This document shows, piece after piece, positions 15,001 through 30,000 of a stretch of DNA of 64,000 nucleotides (its first letter is position 1; the number at the start of each line of letters is the position of its first letter). The translations under genes were made by a program, and so were the position numbers. The DNA comes from Auanema rhodensis (Eukaryota > Animalia > Nematoda). A model generated the notes under the pieces. The model ran no database searches and was not told where the DNA came from. It worked only from the letters and a program-made list of their open reading frames with translations. The stretch covers positions 1,922,001-1,986,000 of the forward strand of contig OZ059896.1 of NCBI GenBank assembly GCA_964057225.1. Reading direction: 5' to 3'.

Positions 15001-18000
15001 TGAAATTTTTCGGGAAAATTTTTGTCAAAATGTTTTTGGAAGCAATGTTGAGTGTACATGGAAACTCAACATACACTAATGCATCATTTTTCAAACGATC
15101 ATAACTAATTTTTGTATTGAGCGTTTCTCCATGTAGTATAGTGCATTCGATGCGGATTTTTAAGCTGCGTCGATCTGTGTTATCAGATTTGCGCTAGCTT
15201 AAAAATGCACCGAGATATCAACTGATATAGGTTCACACTTATATCCTCGATTTTCACCCTGAAGATTTAATTTTTTCGTTGAATAACATTGTCCATCGTC
15301 TTTGTCTTGAAAAAAGGAATCTAAAAACATCTACTTTTTGTGAAATTATTTTGAAATTTTTCGGGAAAATTTTTGTCAAAATGTTTTTGGAAGCATTGTT
15401 GAGTGTACATGGAAACTCAACATACACTAATGCATCATTTTTCAAACGATCATAACTAATTTTTGTATTGAGCGTTTCTCCATGTAGTATAGTGCATTCG
15501 ATGCGGATTTTTAAGCTGCGTCGATCTGTGTTATCAGATTTGCGCTAGCTTGAAAATGCACCGAGATATCAACTGATATAGGTTCACACTTATATCCTCG
15601 ATTTTCACCCTGAAGATTTAATTTTTTCGTTGAATAACATTGGTCCATCGTCTTTGTCTTGAAAAAAGGAATCTAAAAACATCTACTTTTTGTGAAATTA
15701 TTTTGAAATTTTTCGGGAAAATTTTTGTCAAAATGTTTTTGGAAGCATTGTTGAGTGTACATGGAAACTCAACATACACTAATGCATCATTTTTCAAACG
15801 ATCATAACTAATTTTTGTATTGAGCGTTTCTCCATGTAGTATAGTGCATTCGATGCGGATTTTTAAGCTGCGTCGATCTGTGTTATCAGATTTGCGCTAG
15901 CTTGAAAATGCACCGAGATATCAACTGATATAGGTTCACACTTATATCCTCGATTTTCACCCTGAAGATTTAATTTTTTCGTTGAATAACATTGGTCCAT
16001 CGTCTTTGTCTTGAAAAAAGGAATCTAAAAACATCTACTTTTTGTGAAATTATTTTGAAATTTTTCGGGAAAATTTTTGTCAAAATGTTTTTGGAAGCAT
16101 TGTTGAGTGTACATGGAAACTCAACATACACTAATGCATCATTTTTCAAACGATCATAACTAATTTTTGTATTGAGCGTTTCTCCATGTAGTATAGTGCA
16201 TTCGATGCGGATTTTTAAGCTGCGTCGATCTGTGTTATCAGATTTGCGCTAGCTTGAAAATGCACCGAGATATCAACTGATATAGGTTCACACTTATATC
16301 CTCGATTTTCACCCTGAAGATTTAATTTTTTCGTTGAATAACATTGTCCATCGTCTTTGTCTTGAAAAAAGGAATCTAAAAACATCTACTTTTTGTGAAA
16401 TTATTTTGAAATTTTTCGGGAAAATTTTTGTCAAAATGTTTTTGGAAGCATTGTTGAGTGTACATGGAAACTCAACATACACTAATGCATCATTTTTCAA
16501 ACGATCATAACTAATTTTTGTATTGAGCGTTTCTCCATGTAGTATAGTGCATTCGATGCGGATTTTTAAGCTGCGTCGATCTGTGTTATCAGATTTGCGC
16601 TAGCTTGAAAATGCACCGAGATATCAACTGATATAGGTTCACACTTATATCCTCGATTTTCACCCTGAAGATTTAATTTTTTCGTTGAATAACATTGGTC
16701 CATCGTCTTTGTCTTGAAAAAAGGAATCTAAAAACATCTACTTTTTGTGAAATTATTTTGAAATTTTTCGGGAAAATTTTTGTCAAAATGTTTTTGGAAG
16801 CATTGTTGAGTGTACATGAAAACTCAACATACACTAATGCATCATTTTTCAAACGATCATAACTAATTTTTGTATTGAGCGTTTCTCCATGTAGTATAGT
16901 GCATTCGATGCGGATTTTTAAGCTGCGTCGATCTGTGTTATCAGATTTGCGCTAGCTTAAAAATGCACCGAGATATCAACTGATATAAGTTCACACTTAT
17001 ATCCTCGATTTTCACCCTGAAGAATTAATTTTTTTGTTGAATAACAATGTCCATCGTCTTTGTCTTGAAAAAAGAAATCTAAAAACATCTACTTTTTGTG
17101 AAATTATTTTGAAATTTTTCGGGAAAATTTTTGTCAAAATGTTTTTGGAAGCAATGTTGAGTGTACATGGAAACTCAACATACACTAATGCATCATTTTT
17201 CAAACGATCATAACTAATTTTTGTATTGAGTGTTTCCCAATGTAGTATAGTGCATTCGATGCGGATTTTTAAGCTGCGTCGATCTGTGTTATCAGATTTG
17301 CGCTAGCTTAAAAATGAACCGAGATATCAACTGATATAGGTTCACACTTATATCCTCGATTTTCACCCTGAAGATTTAATTTTTTCGTTGAATAACATTG
17401 TCCATCGTCTTTGTCTTGAAAAAAGGAATCTAAAAACATCTACTTTTTGTGAAATTATTTCGAAATTTTTCGGGAAAATTTTTGTCAAAATGTTTTTGGA
17501 AGCATTGTTGAGTGTACATGGAAACTCAACATACACTAATGCATCATTTTTCAAACGATCATAACTAATTTTTGTATTGAGTGTTTCCCAATGTAGTATA
17601 GTGCATTCGATGTGGATTTTTAAGCTGCGTCGATCTGTGTTATCAGATTTGCGCTAGCTTAAAAATGCACCGAGATATCAACTGATATAAGTTCACACTT
17701 ATATCCTCGATTTTCACCCTGAAGAATTAATTTTTTTGTTGAATAACAATGTCCATCGTCTTTGTCTTGAAAAAAGGAATCTAAAAACATCTACTTTTTG
17801 TGAAATTATTTTGAAATTTTTCGGGAAAATTTTTGTCAAAATGTTTTTGGAAGCAATGTTGAGTGTACATGGAAACTCAACATACACTAATGCATCATTT
17901 TTCAAACGATCATAACTAATTTTTGTATTGAGCGTTTCTCCATGTAGTATAGTGCATTCGATGCGGATTTTTAAGCTGCGTCGATCTGTGTTATCAGATT

Positions 18001-21000
18001 TGCGCTAGCTTGAAAATGCACCGAGATATCAACTGATATAGGTTCACACTTATATCCTCGATTTTCACCGTGAAGAATTAATTTTTTCGTTGAATAACAA
18101 TGTCCATCGTCTTTGTCTTGAAAAAAGGAATCTAAAAACATCTACTTTTTGTAAATTTATTCTGAAATTTTTCGGGAAAATGTTTGTCAAAATGTTTTTG
18201 GAAGCAATGTTGAGTGTACATGGAAACTCAACATACACTAATGCATCATTTTTCAAACAATCATAACTAATTTTTGTATTGAGCGTTTCTTAATGTAGTA
18301 TAGTACATTCGATGCGGATTTTTAAGCTGCGTCGATCTGTGTTATCAGATTTGCGCTAGCTTAAAAATGAACCGAGATATCAACTGATATAGGTTCACAC
18401 TTATATCCTCGATTTTCACCCTGAAGATTTAATTTTTTCGTTGAATAACATTGTCCATCGTCTTTGTCTTGAAAAAAGGAATCTAAAAACATCTACTTTT
18501 TGTGAAATTATTTCGAAATTTTTCGGGAAAATTTTTGTCAAAATGTTTTTGGAAGCATTGTTGAGTGTACATGGAAACTCAACATACACTAATGCATCAT
18601 TTTTCAAACGATCATAACTAATTTTTGTATTGAGTGTTTCCCAATGTAGTATAGTGCATTCGATGTGAATTTTTAAGCTGCGTCGATCTGTGTTATCAGA
18701 TTTGCGCTAGCTTAAAAATGCACCGAGATATCAACTGATATAAGTTCACACTTATATCCTCGATTTTCACCCTGAAGAATTAATTTTTTTGTTGAATAAC
18801 AATGTCCATCGTCTTTGTCTTGAAAAAAGGAATCTAAAAACATCTACTTTTTGTGAAATTATTTTGAAATTTTTCTGGAAAATTTTTGTCAAAATGTTTT
18901 TGGAAGCAATGTTGAGTGTACATGGAAACTCAACATACACTAATGCATCATTTTTCAAACGATCATAACTAATTTTTGTATTGAGCGTTTCTCCATGTAG
19001 TATAGTGCATTCGATGCGGATTTTTAAGCTGCGTCGATCTGTGTTATCAGATTTGCGCTAGCTTGAAAATGCACCGAGATATCAACTGATATAGGTTCAC
19101 ACTTATATCCTCGATTTTCACCGTGAAGAATTAATTTTTTCGTTGAATAACAATGTCCATCGTCTTTGTCTTGAAAAAAGGAATCTAAAAACATCTACTT
19201 TTTGTAAATTTATTCTGAAATTTTTCGGGAAAATGTTTGTCAAAATGTTTTTGGAAGCAATGTTGAGTGTACATGGAAACTCAACATACACTAATGCATC
19301 ATTTTTCAAACAATCATAACTAATTTTTGTATTGAGCGTTTCTTAATGTAGTATAGTACATTCGATGCGGATTTTTAAGCTGCGTCGATCTGTGTTATCA
19401 GATTTGCGCTAGCTTAAAAATGAACCGAGATATCAACTGATATAGGTTCACACTTATATCCTCGATTTTCACCCTGAAGATTTAATTTTTTCGTTGAATA
19501 ACATTGTCCATCGTCTTTGTCTTGAAAAAAGGAATCTAAAAACATCTACTTTTTGTGAAATTATTTCGAAATTTTTCGGGAAAATTTTTGTCAAAATGTT
19601 TTTGGAAGCATTGTTGAGTGTACATGGAAACTCAACATACACTAATGCATCATTTTTCAAACGATCATAACTAATTTTTGTATTGAGCGTTTCTCCATGT
19701 AGTATAGTGCATTCGATGCGGATTTTTAAGCTGCGTCGATCTGTGTTATCAGATTTGCGCTAGCTTGAAAATGCACCGAGATATCAACTGATATAGGTTC
19801 ACACTTATATCCTCGATTTTCACCGTGAAGAATTAATTTTTTTGTTGAATAACAATGTCCATCGTCTTTGTCTTGAAAAAAGGAATCTAAAAACATCTAC
19901 TTTTTGTGAAATTATTTCGAAATTTTTCGGGAAAATTTTTGTCAAAATGTTTTTGGAAGCATTGTTGAGTGTACATGGAAACTCAACATACACTAATGCA
20001 TCATTTTTCAAACGATCATAACTAATTTTTGTATTGAGCGTTTCTTAATGTAGTATAGTACATTCGATGCGGATTTTTAAGCTGCGTCGATCTGTGTTAT
20101 CAGATTTGCGCTAGCTTAAAAATGAACCGAGATATCAACTGATATAGGTTCACACTTATATCCTCGATTTTCACCGTGAAGAATTAATTTTTTTGTTGAA
20201 TGACAATGTCCATCGTCTTTGTCTTGAAAAAAGGAATCTAAAAACATCTACTTTTTGTAAATTTATTCTGAAATTTTTCGGGAAAATGTTTGTCAAAATG
20301 TTTTTGGAAGCAATGTTGAGTGTACATGGAAACTAAACATACACTAATGCATCATTTTTCAAACAATCATAACTAATTTTTGTATTGAGCGTTTCTTAAT
20401 GTAGTATGGTACATTCGATGCGGATTTTTAAGCTGCGTCGATCTGTGTTATCAGATTTGCGCTAGCTTAAAAATGAACCGAGATATCAACTGATATAGGT
20501 TCACACTTATATCCTCGATTTTAACCCTGAAGATTTAATTTTTTCGTTGAATAACATTGTCCATCGTCTTTGTCTTGAAAAAAGGAATCTAAAAACATCT
20601 ACTTTTTGTGAAATTATTTCGAAATTTTTCGGGAAAATTTTTGTCAAAATGTTTTTGGAAGCATTGTTGAGTGTACATGGAAACTCAACATACACTAATG
20701 CATCATTTTTCAAACGATCATAACTAATTTTTGTATTGAGCGTTTCTCCATGTAGTATTGTGCATTCGATGCGGATTTTTAAGCTGCGTCGATCTGTGTT
20801 ATCAGATTTGCGCTAGCTTGAAAATGCACCGAGATATCAACTGATATAGGTTCACACTTATATCCTCGATTTTCACCGTGAAGAATTAATTTTTTTGTTG
20901 AATAACAATGTCCATCGTCTTTGTCTTGAAAAAAGGAATCTAAAAACATCTACTTTTTGTGAAATTATTTTGAAATTTTTCGGGAAAATTTTTGTCAAAA

Positions 21001-24000
21001 TGTTTTTGGAAGCATTGTTGAGTGTACATGGAAACTCAACATACACTAATGCATCATTTTTCAAACGATCATAACTAATTTTTGTATTGAGTGTTTCCCA
21101 ATGTAGTATAGTGCATTCGATGTGGATTTTTAAGCTGCGTCGATCTGTGTTATCAGATTTGCGCTAGCTTAAAAATGCACCGAGATATCAACTGATATAA
21201 GTTCACACTTATATCCTCGATTTTCACCCTGAAGAATTAATTTTTTTGTTGAATAACAATGTCCATCGTCTTTGTCTTGAAAAAAGGAATCTAAAAACAT
21301 CTACTTTTTGTGAAATTATTTTGAAATTTTTCGGGAAAATTTTTGTCAAAATGTTTTTGGAAGCAATGTTGAGTGTACATGGAAACTCAACATACACTAA
21401 TGCATCATTTTTCAAACGATCATAACTAATTTTTGTATTGAGCGTTTCTCCATGTAGTATAGTGCATTCGATGCGGATTTTTAAGCTGCGTCGATCTGTG
21501 TTATCAGGTTTGCGCTAGCTTGAAAATGCACCGAGATATCAACTGATATAGGTTCACACTTATATCCTCGATTTTCACCGTGAAGAATTAATTTTTTCGT
21601 TGAATAACAATGTCCATCGTCTTTGTCTTGAAAAAAGGAATCTAAAAACATCTACTTTTTGTAAATTTATTCTGAAATTTTTCGGGAAAATGTTTGTCAA
21701 AATGTTTTTGGAAGCAATGTTGAGTGTACATGGAAACTCAACATACACTAATGCATCATTTTTCAAACAATCATAACTAATTTTTGTATTGAGCGTTTCT
21801 TAATGTAGTATAGTACATTCGATGCGGATTTTTAAGCTGCGTCGATCTGTGTTATCAGATTTGCGCTAGCTTAAAAATGAACCGATATATCAACTGATAT
21901 AGGTTCACACTTATATCCTCGATTTTCACCGTGAAGAATTAATTTTTTTGTTGAATGACAATGTCCATCGTCTTTGTCTTGAAAAAAGGAATCTAAAAAC
22001 ATCTACTTTTTGTAAATTTATTCTGAAATTTTTCGGGAAAATGTTTGTCAAAATGTTTTTGGAAGCAATGTTGAGTGTACATGGAAACTAAACATACACT
22101 AATGCATCATTTTTCAAACAATCATAACTAATTTTTGTATTGAGCGTTGCTCAATGTAGTATAGTACATTCGATGCGGATTTTTAAGCTGCGTCGATCTG
22201 TGTTATCAGATTTGCGCTAGCTTAAAAATGAACCGAGATATCAACTGATATAGGTTCACACTTATATCCTCGATTTTAACCCTGAAGATTTAATTTTTTC
22301 GTTGAATAACATTGTCCATCGTCTTTGTCTTGAAAAAAGGAATCTAAAAACATCTACTTTTTGTGAAATTATTTCGAAATTTTTCGGGAAAATTTTTGTC
22401 AAAATGTTTTTGGAAGCATTGTTGAGTGTACATGGAAACTCAACATACACTAATGCATCATTTTTCAAACGATCATAACTAATTTTTGTATTGAGCGTTT
22501 CTCCATGTAGTATTGTGCATTCGATGCGGATTTTTAAGCTGCGTCGATCTGTGTTATCAGATTTGCGCTAGCTTGAAAATGCACCGAGATATCAACTGAT
22601 ATAGGTTCACACTTATATCCTCGATTTTCACCGTGAAGAATTAATTTTTTTGTTGAATAACAATGTCCATCGTCTTTGTCTTGAAAAAAGGAATCTAAAA
22701 ACATCTACTTTTTGTGAAATTATTTTGAAATTTTTCGGGAAAATTTTTGTCAAAATGTTTTTGGAAGCATTGTTGAGTGTACATGGAAACTCAACATACA
22801 CTAATGCATCATTTTTCAAACGATCATAACTAATTTTTGTATTGAGTGTTTCCCAATGTAGTATAGTGCATTCGATGTGGATTTTTAAGCTGCGTCGATC
22901 TGTGTTATCAGATTTGCGCTAGCTTAAAAATGCACCGAGATATCAACTGATATAAGTTCACACTTATATCCTCGATTTTCACCCTGAAGAATTAATTTTT
23001 TTGTTGAATAACAATGTCCATCGTCTTTGTCTTGAAAAAAGGAATCTAAAAACATCTACTTTTTGTGAAATTATTTTGAAATTTTTCGGGAAAATTTTTG
23101 TCAAAATGTTTTTGGAAGCAATGTTGAGTGTACATGGAAACTCAACATACACTAATGCATCATTTTTCAAACGATCATAACTAATTTTTGTATTGAGCGT
23201 TTCTCCATGTAGTATAGTGCATTCGATGCGGATTTTTAAGCTGCGTCGATCTGTGTTATCAGGTTTGCGCTAGCTTGAAAATGCACCGAGATATCAACTG
23301 ATATAGGTTCACACTTATATCCTCGATTTTCACCGTGAAGAATTAATTTTTTCGTTGAATAACAATGTCCATCGTCTTTGTCTTGAAAAAAGGAATCTAA
23401 AAACATCTACTTTTTGTAAATTTATTCTGAAATTTTTCGGGAAAATGTTTGTCAAAATGTTTTTGGAAGCAATGTTGAGTGTACATGGAAACTCAACATA
23501 CACTAATGCATCATTTTTCAAACAATCATAACTAATTTTTGTATTGAGCGTTTCTTAATGTAGTATAGTACATTCGATGCGGATTTTTAAGCTGCGTCGA
23601 TCTGTGTTATCAGATTTGCGCTAGCTTAAAAATGAACCGATATATCAACTGATATAGGTTCACACTTATATCCTCGATTTTCACCGTGAAGAATTAATTT
23701 TTTTGTTGAATGACAATGTCCATCGTCTTTGTCTTGAAAAAAGGAATCTAAAAACATCTACTTTTTGTAAATTTATTCTGAAATTTTTCGGGAAAATGTT
23801 TGTCAAAATGTTTTTGGAAGCAATGTTGAGTGTACATGGAAACTCAACATACACTAATGCATCATTTTTCAAACAATCATAACTAATTTTTGTATTGAGC
23901 GTTTCTTAATGTAGTATAGTACATTTGATGCGGATTTTTAAGCTGCGTCGATCTGTGTTATCAGATTTGCGCTAGCTTAAAAATGAACCGAGATATCAAC

Positions 24001-27000
24001 TGATATAGGTTCACACTTATATCCTCGATTTTCACCCTGAAGATTTAATTTTTTCGTTGAATAACATTGTCCATCGTCTTTGTCTTGAAAAAAGGAATCT
24101 AAAAACATCTACTTTTTGTGAAATTATTTCGAAATTTTTCGGGAAAATTTTTGTCAAAATGTTTTTGGAAGCATTGTTGAGTGTACATGGAAACTCAACA
24201 TACACTAATGCATCATTTTTCAAACGATCATAACTAATTTTTGTATTGAGCGTTTCTCCATGTAGTATTGTGCATTCGATGCGGATTTTTAAGCTGCGTC
24301 GATCTGTGTTATCAGATTTGCGCTAGCTTGAAAATGCACCGAGATATCAACTGATATAGGTTCACACTTATATCCTCGATTTTCACCGTGAAGAATTAAT
24401 TTTTTTGTTGAATAACAATGTCCATCGTCTTTGTATTGAAAAAAAGAATCTAAAAACATCTACTTTTTGTGAAATTATTTTGAAATTTTTCGGGAAAATT
24501 TTTGTCAAAATGTTTTTGGAAGCATTGTTGAGTGTACATGGAAACTCAACATACACTAATGCATCATTTTTCAAACGATCATAACTAATTTTTGTATTGA
24601 GTGTTTCCCAATGTAGTATAGTGCATTCGATGTGGATTTTTAAGCTGCGTCGATCTGTGTTATCAGATTTGCGCTAGCTTAAAAATGCACCGAGATATCA
24701 ACTGATATAAGTTCACACTTATATCCTCGATTTTCACCCTGAAGAATTAATTTTTTTGTTGAATAACAATGTCCATCGTCTTTGTCTTGAAAAAAGGAAT
24801 CTAAAAACATCTACTTTTTGTGAAATTATTTTGAAATTTTTCGGGAAAATTTTTGTCAAAATGTTTTTGGAAGCAATGTTGAGTGTACATGGAAACTCAA
24901 CATACACTAATGCATCATTTTTCAAACGATCATAACTAATTTTTGTATTGAGCGTTTCTCCATGTAGTATAGTGCATTCGATGCGGATTTTTAAGCTGCG
25001 TCGATCTGTGTTATCAGGTTTGCGCTAGCTTGAAAATGCACCGAGATATCAACTGATATAGGTTCACACTTATATCCTCGATTTTCACCGTGAAGAATTA
25101 ATTTTTTCGTTGAATAACAATGTCCATCGTCTTTGTCTTGAAAAAAGGAATCTAAAAACATCTACTTTTTGTAAATTTATTCTGAAATTTTTCGGGAAAA
25201 TGTTTGTCAAAATGTTTTTGGAAGCAATGTTGAGTGTACATGGAAACTCAACATACACTAATGCATCATTTTTCAAACAATCATAACTAATTTTTGTATT
25301 GAGCGTTTCTTAATGTAGTATAGTACATTCGATGCGGATTTTTAAGCTGCGTCGATCTGTGTTATCAGATTTGCGCTAGCTTAAAAATGAACCGAGATAT
25401 CAACTGATATAGGTTCACACTTATATCCTCGATTTTCACCGTGAAGAATTAATTTTTTTGTTGAATGACAATGTCCATCGTCTTTGTCTTGAAAAAAGGA
25501 ATCTAAAAACATCTACTTTTTGTAAATTTATTCTGAAATTTTTCGGGAAAATGTTTGTCAAAATGTTTTTGGAAGCAATGTTGAGTGTACATGGAAACTC
25601 AACATACACTAATGCATCATTTTTCAAACAATCATAACTAATTTTTGTATTGAGCGTTTCTTAATGTAGTATAGTACATTCGATGCGGATTTTTAAGCTG
25701 CGTCGATCTGTGTTATCAGATTTGCGCTAGCTTAAAAATGAACCGAGATATCAACTGATATAGGTTCACACTTATATCCTCGATTTTCACCCTGAAGATT
25801 TAATTTTTTCGTTGAATAACATTGTCCATCGTCTTTGTCTTGAAAAAAGGAATCTAAAAACATCTACTTTTTGTGAAATTATTTCGAAATTTTTCGGGAA
25901 AATTTTTGTCAAAATGTTTTTGGAAGCATTGTTGAGTGTACATGGAAACTCAACATACACTAATGCATCATTTTTCAAACGATCATAACTAATTTTTGTA
26001 TTGAGCGTTTCTCCATGTAGTATTGTGCATTCGATGCGGATTTTTAAGCTGCGTCGATCTGTGTTATCAGATTTGCGCTAGCTTGAAAATGCACCGAGAT
26101 ATCAACTGATATAGGTTCACACTTATATCCTCGATTTTCACCGTGAAGAATTAATTTTTTTGTTGAATAACAATGTCCATCGTCTTTGTCTTGAAAAAAG
26201 GAATCTAAAAACATCTACTTTTTGTGAAATTATTTTGAAATTTTTCGGGAAAATTTTTGTCAAAATGTTTTTGGAAGCATTGTTGAGTGTACATGGAAAC
26301 TCAACATACACTAATGCATCATTTTTCAAACGATCATAACTAATTTTTGTATTGAGCGTTTCTTAATGTAGTATAGTACATTCGATGCGGATTTTTAAGC
26401 TGCGTCGATCTGTGTTATCAGATTTGCGCTAGCTTAAAAATGAACCGAGATATCAACTGATATAGGTTCACACTTATATCCTCGATTTTCACCCTGAAGA
26501 TTTAATTTTTTCGTTGAATAACATTGTCCATCGTCTTTGTCTTGAAAAAAGGAATCTAAAAACATCTACTTTTTGTGAAATTATTTCGAAATTTTTCGGG
26601 AAAATTTTTGTCAAAATGTTTTTGGAAGCATTGTTGAGTGTACATGGAAACTCAACATACACTAATGCATCATTTTTCAAACGATCATAACTAATTTTTG
26701 TATTGAGCGTTTCTCCATGTAGTATTGTGCATTCGATGCGGATTTTTAAGCTGCGTCGATCTGTGTTATCAGATTTGCGCTAGCTTGAAAATGCACCGAG
26801 ATATCAACTGATATAGGTTCACACTTATATCCTCGATTTTCACCGTGAAGAATTAATTTTTTTGTTGAATAACAATGTCCATCGTCTTTGTCTTGAAAAA
26901 AGGAATCTAAAAACATCTACTTTTTGTGAAATTATTTTGAAATTTTTCGGGAAAATTTTTGTCAAAATGTTTTTGGAAGCATTGTTGAGTGTACATGGAA

Positions 27001-30000
27001 ACTCAACATACACTAATGCATCATTTTTCAAACGATCATAACTAATTTTTGTATTGAGTGTTTCCCAATGTAGTATAGTGCATTCGATGTGGATTTTTAA
27101 GCTGCGTCGATCTGTGTTATCAGATTTGCGCTAGCTTAAAAATGCACCGAGATATCAACTGATATAAGTTCACACTTATATCCTCGATTTTCACCCTGAA
27201 GAATTAATTTTTTTGTTGAATAACAATGTCCATCGTCTTTGTCTTGAAAAAAGGAATCTAAAAACATCTACTTTTTGTGAAATTATTTTGAAATTTTTCG
27301 GGAAAATTTTTGTCAAAATGTTTTTGGAAGCAATGTTGAGTGTACATGGAAACTCAACATACACTAATGCATCATTTTTCAAACGATCATAACTAATTTT
27401 TGTATTGAGCGTTTCTCCATGTAGTATAGTGCATTCGATGCGGATTTTTAAGCTGCGTCGATCTGTGTTATCAGATTTGCGCTAGCTTGAAAATGCACCG
27501 AGATATCAACTGATATAGGTTCACACTTATATCCTCGATTTTCACCGTGAAGAATTAATTTTTTCGTTGAATAACAATGTCCATCGTCTTTGTCTTGAAA
27601 AAAGGAATCTAAAAACATCTACTTTTTGTAAATTTATTCTGAAATTTTTCGGGAAAATGTTTGTCAAAATGTTTTTGGAAGCAATGTTGAGTGTACATGG
27701 AAACTCAACATACACTAATGCATCATTTTTCAAACAATCATAACTAATTTTTGTATTGAGCGTTTCTTAATGTAGTATAGTACATTCGATGCGGATTTTT
27801 AAGCTGCGTCGATCTGTGTTATCAGATTTGCGCTAGCTTAAAAATGAACCGAGATATCAACTGATATAGGTTCACACTTATATCCTCGATTTTCACCCTG
27901 AAGATTTAATTTTTTCGTTGAATAACATTGTCCATCGTCTTTGTCTTGAAAAAAGGAATCTAAAAACATCTACTTTTTGTGAAATTATTTCGAAATTTTT
28001 CGGGAAAATTTTTGTCAAAATGTTTTTGGAAGCATTGTTGAGTGTACATGGAAACTCAACATACACTAATGCATCATTTTTCAAACGATCATAACTAATT
28101 TTTGTATTGAGCGTTTCTCCATGTAGTATAGTGCATTCGATGCGGATTTTTAAGCTGCGTCGATCTGTGTTATCAGATTTGCGCTAGCTTGAAAATGCAC
28201 CGAGATATCAACTGATATAGGTTCACACTTATATCCTCGATTTTCACCGTGAAGAATTAATTTTTTTGTTGAATAACAATGTCCATCGTCTTTGTCTTGA
28301 AAAAAGGAATCTAAAAACATCTACTTTTTGTGAAATTATTTTGAAATTTTTCGGGAAAATTTTTGTCAAAATGTTTTTGGAAGCAATGTTGAGTGTACAT
28401 GGAAACTCAACATACACTAATGCATCATTTTTCAAACGATCATAACTAATTTTTGTATTAAGCGTTTCTCAATGTAGTATAATGCATTCGATGCGGATTT
28501 TTAAGCTGCGTCGATCTGTACTATCAGATTTGCGCTAGCTTGAAAATGCACCGAGATATCAACTGATATAAGTTCACACTTATATCCTCGATTTTCACCC
28601 TGAAGAATTAATTTTTTTGTTGAATAACAATGTCCATCGTCTTTGTCTTGAAAAAAGGAATCTAAAAACATCTACTTTTTGTGAAATTATTTTGAAATTT
28701 TTCGGGAAAATTTTTGTCAAAATGTTTTTGGAAGCAATGTTGAGTGTACATGGAAACTCAACATACACTAATGCATCATTTTTCAAACGATCATAACTAA
28801 TTTTTGTATTAAGTGTTTCCCAATGTAGTATAGTGCATTCGATGTGGATTTTTAAGCTGCGTCGATCTGTGTTATCAGATTTGCGCTAGCTTAAAAATGC
28901 ACCGAGATATCAACTGATATAAGTTCACACTTATATCCTCGATTTTCACCCTGAAGAATTAATTTTTTTGTTGAATAACAATGTCCATCGTCTTTGTCTT
29001 GAAAAAAGGAATCTAAAAACATCTACTTTTTGTGAAATTATTTTGAAATTTTTCGGGAAAATTTTTGTCAAAATGTTTTTGGAAGCAATGTTGAGTGTAC
29101 ATGGAAACTCAACATACACTAATGCATCATTTTTCAAACGATCATAACTAATTTTTGTATTGAGCGTTTCTCCATGTAGTATAGTGCATTCGATGCGGAT
29201 TTTTAAGCTGCGTCGATCTGTGTTATCAGATTTGCGCTAGCTTGAAAATGCACCGAGATATCAACTGATATAGGTTCACACTTATATCCTCGATTTTCAC
29301 CGTGAAGAATTAATTTTTTCGTTGAATAACAATGTCCATCGTCTTTGTCTTGAAAAAAGGAATCTAAAAACATCTACTTTTTGTAAATTTATTCTGAAAT
29401 TTTTCGGGAAAATGTTTGTCAAAATGTTTTTGGAAGCAATGTTGAGTGTACATGGAAACTCAACATACACTAATGCATCATTTTTCAAACAATCATAACT
29501 AATTTTTGTATTGAGCGTTTCTTAATGTAGTATAGTACATTCGATGCGGATTTTTAAGCTGCGTCGATCTGTGTTATCAGATTTGCGCTAGCTTAAAAAT
29601 GAACCGAGATATCAACTGATATAGGTTCACACTTATATCCTCGATTTTCACCGTGAAGAATTAATTTTTTTGTTGAATAACAATGTCCATCGTCTTTGTC
29701 TTGAAAAAAGGAATCTAAAAACATCTACTTTTTGTGAAATTATTTTGAAATTTTTCGTGAAAATTTTTGTCAAAATGTTTTTGGAAGCATTGTTGAGTGT
29801 ACATGGAAACTCAACATACACTAATGCATCATTTTTCAAACGATCATAACTAATTTTTGTATTGAGCGTTGCTTAATGTAGTATAGTGCATTCGATGCGG
29901 ATTTTTAAGCTGCGTCGATCTGTGTTATCAGATTTGCGCTAGCTTGAAAATGCACCGAGATATCAACTGATATAGGTTCACACTTATATCCTCGATTTTC

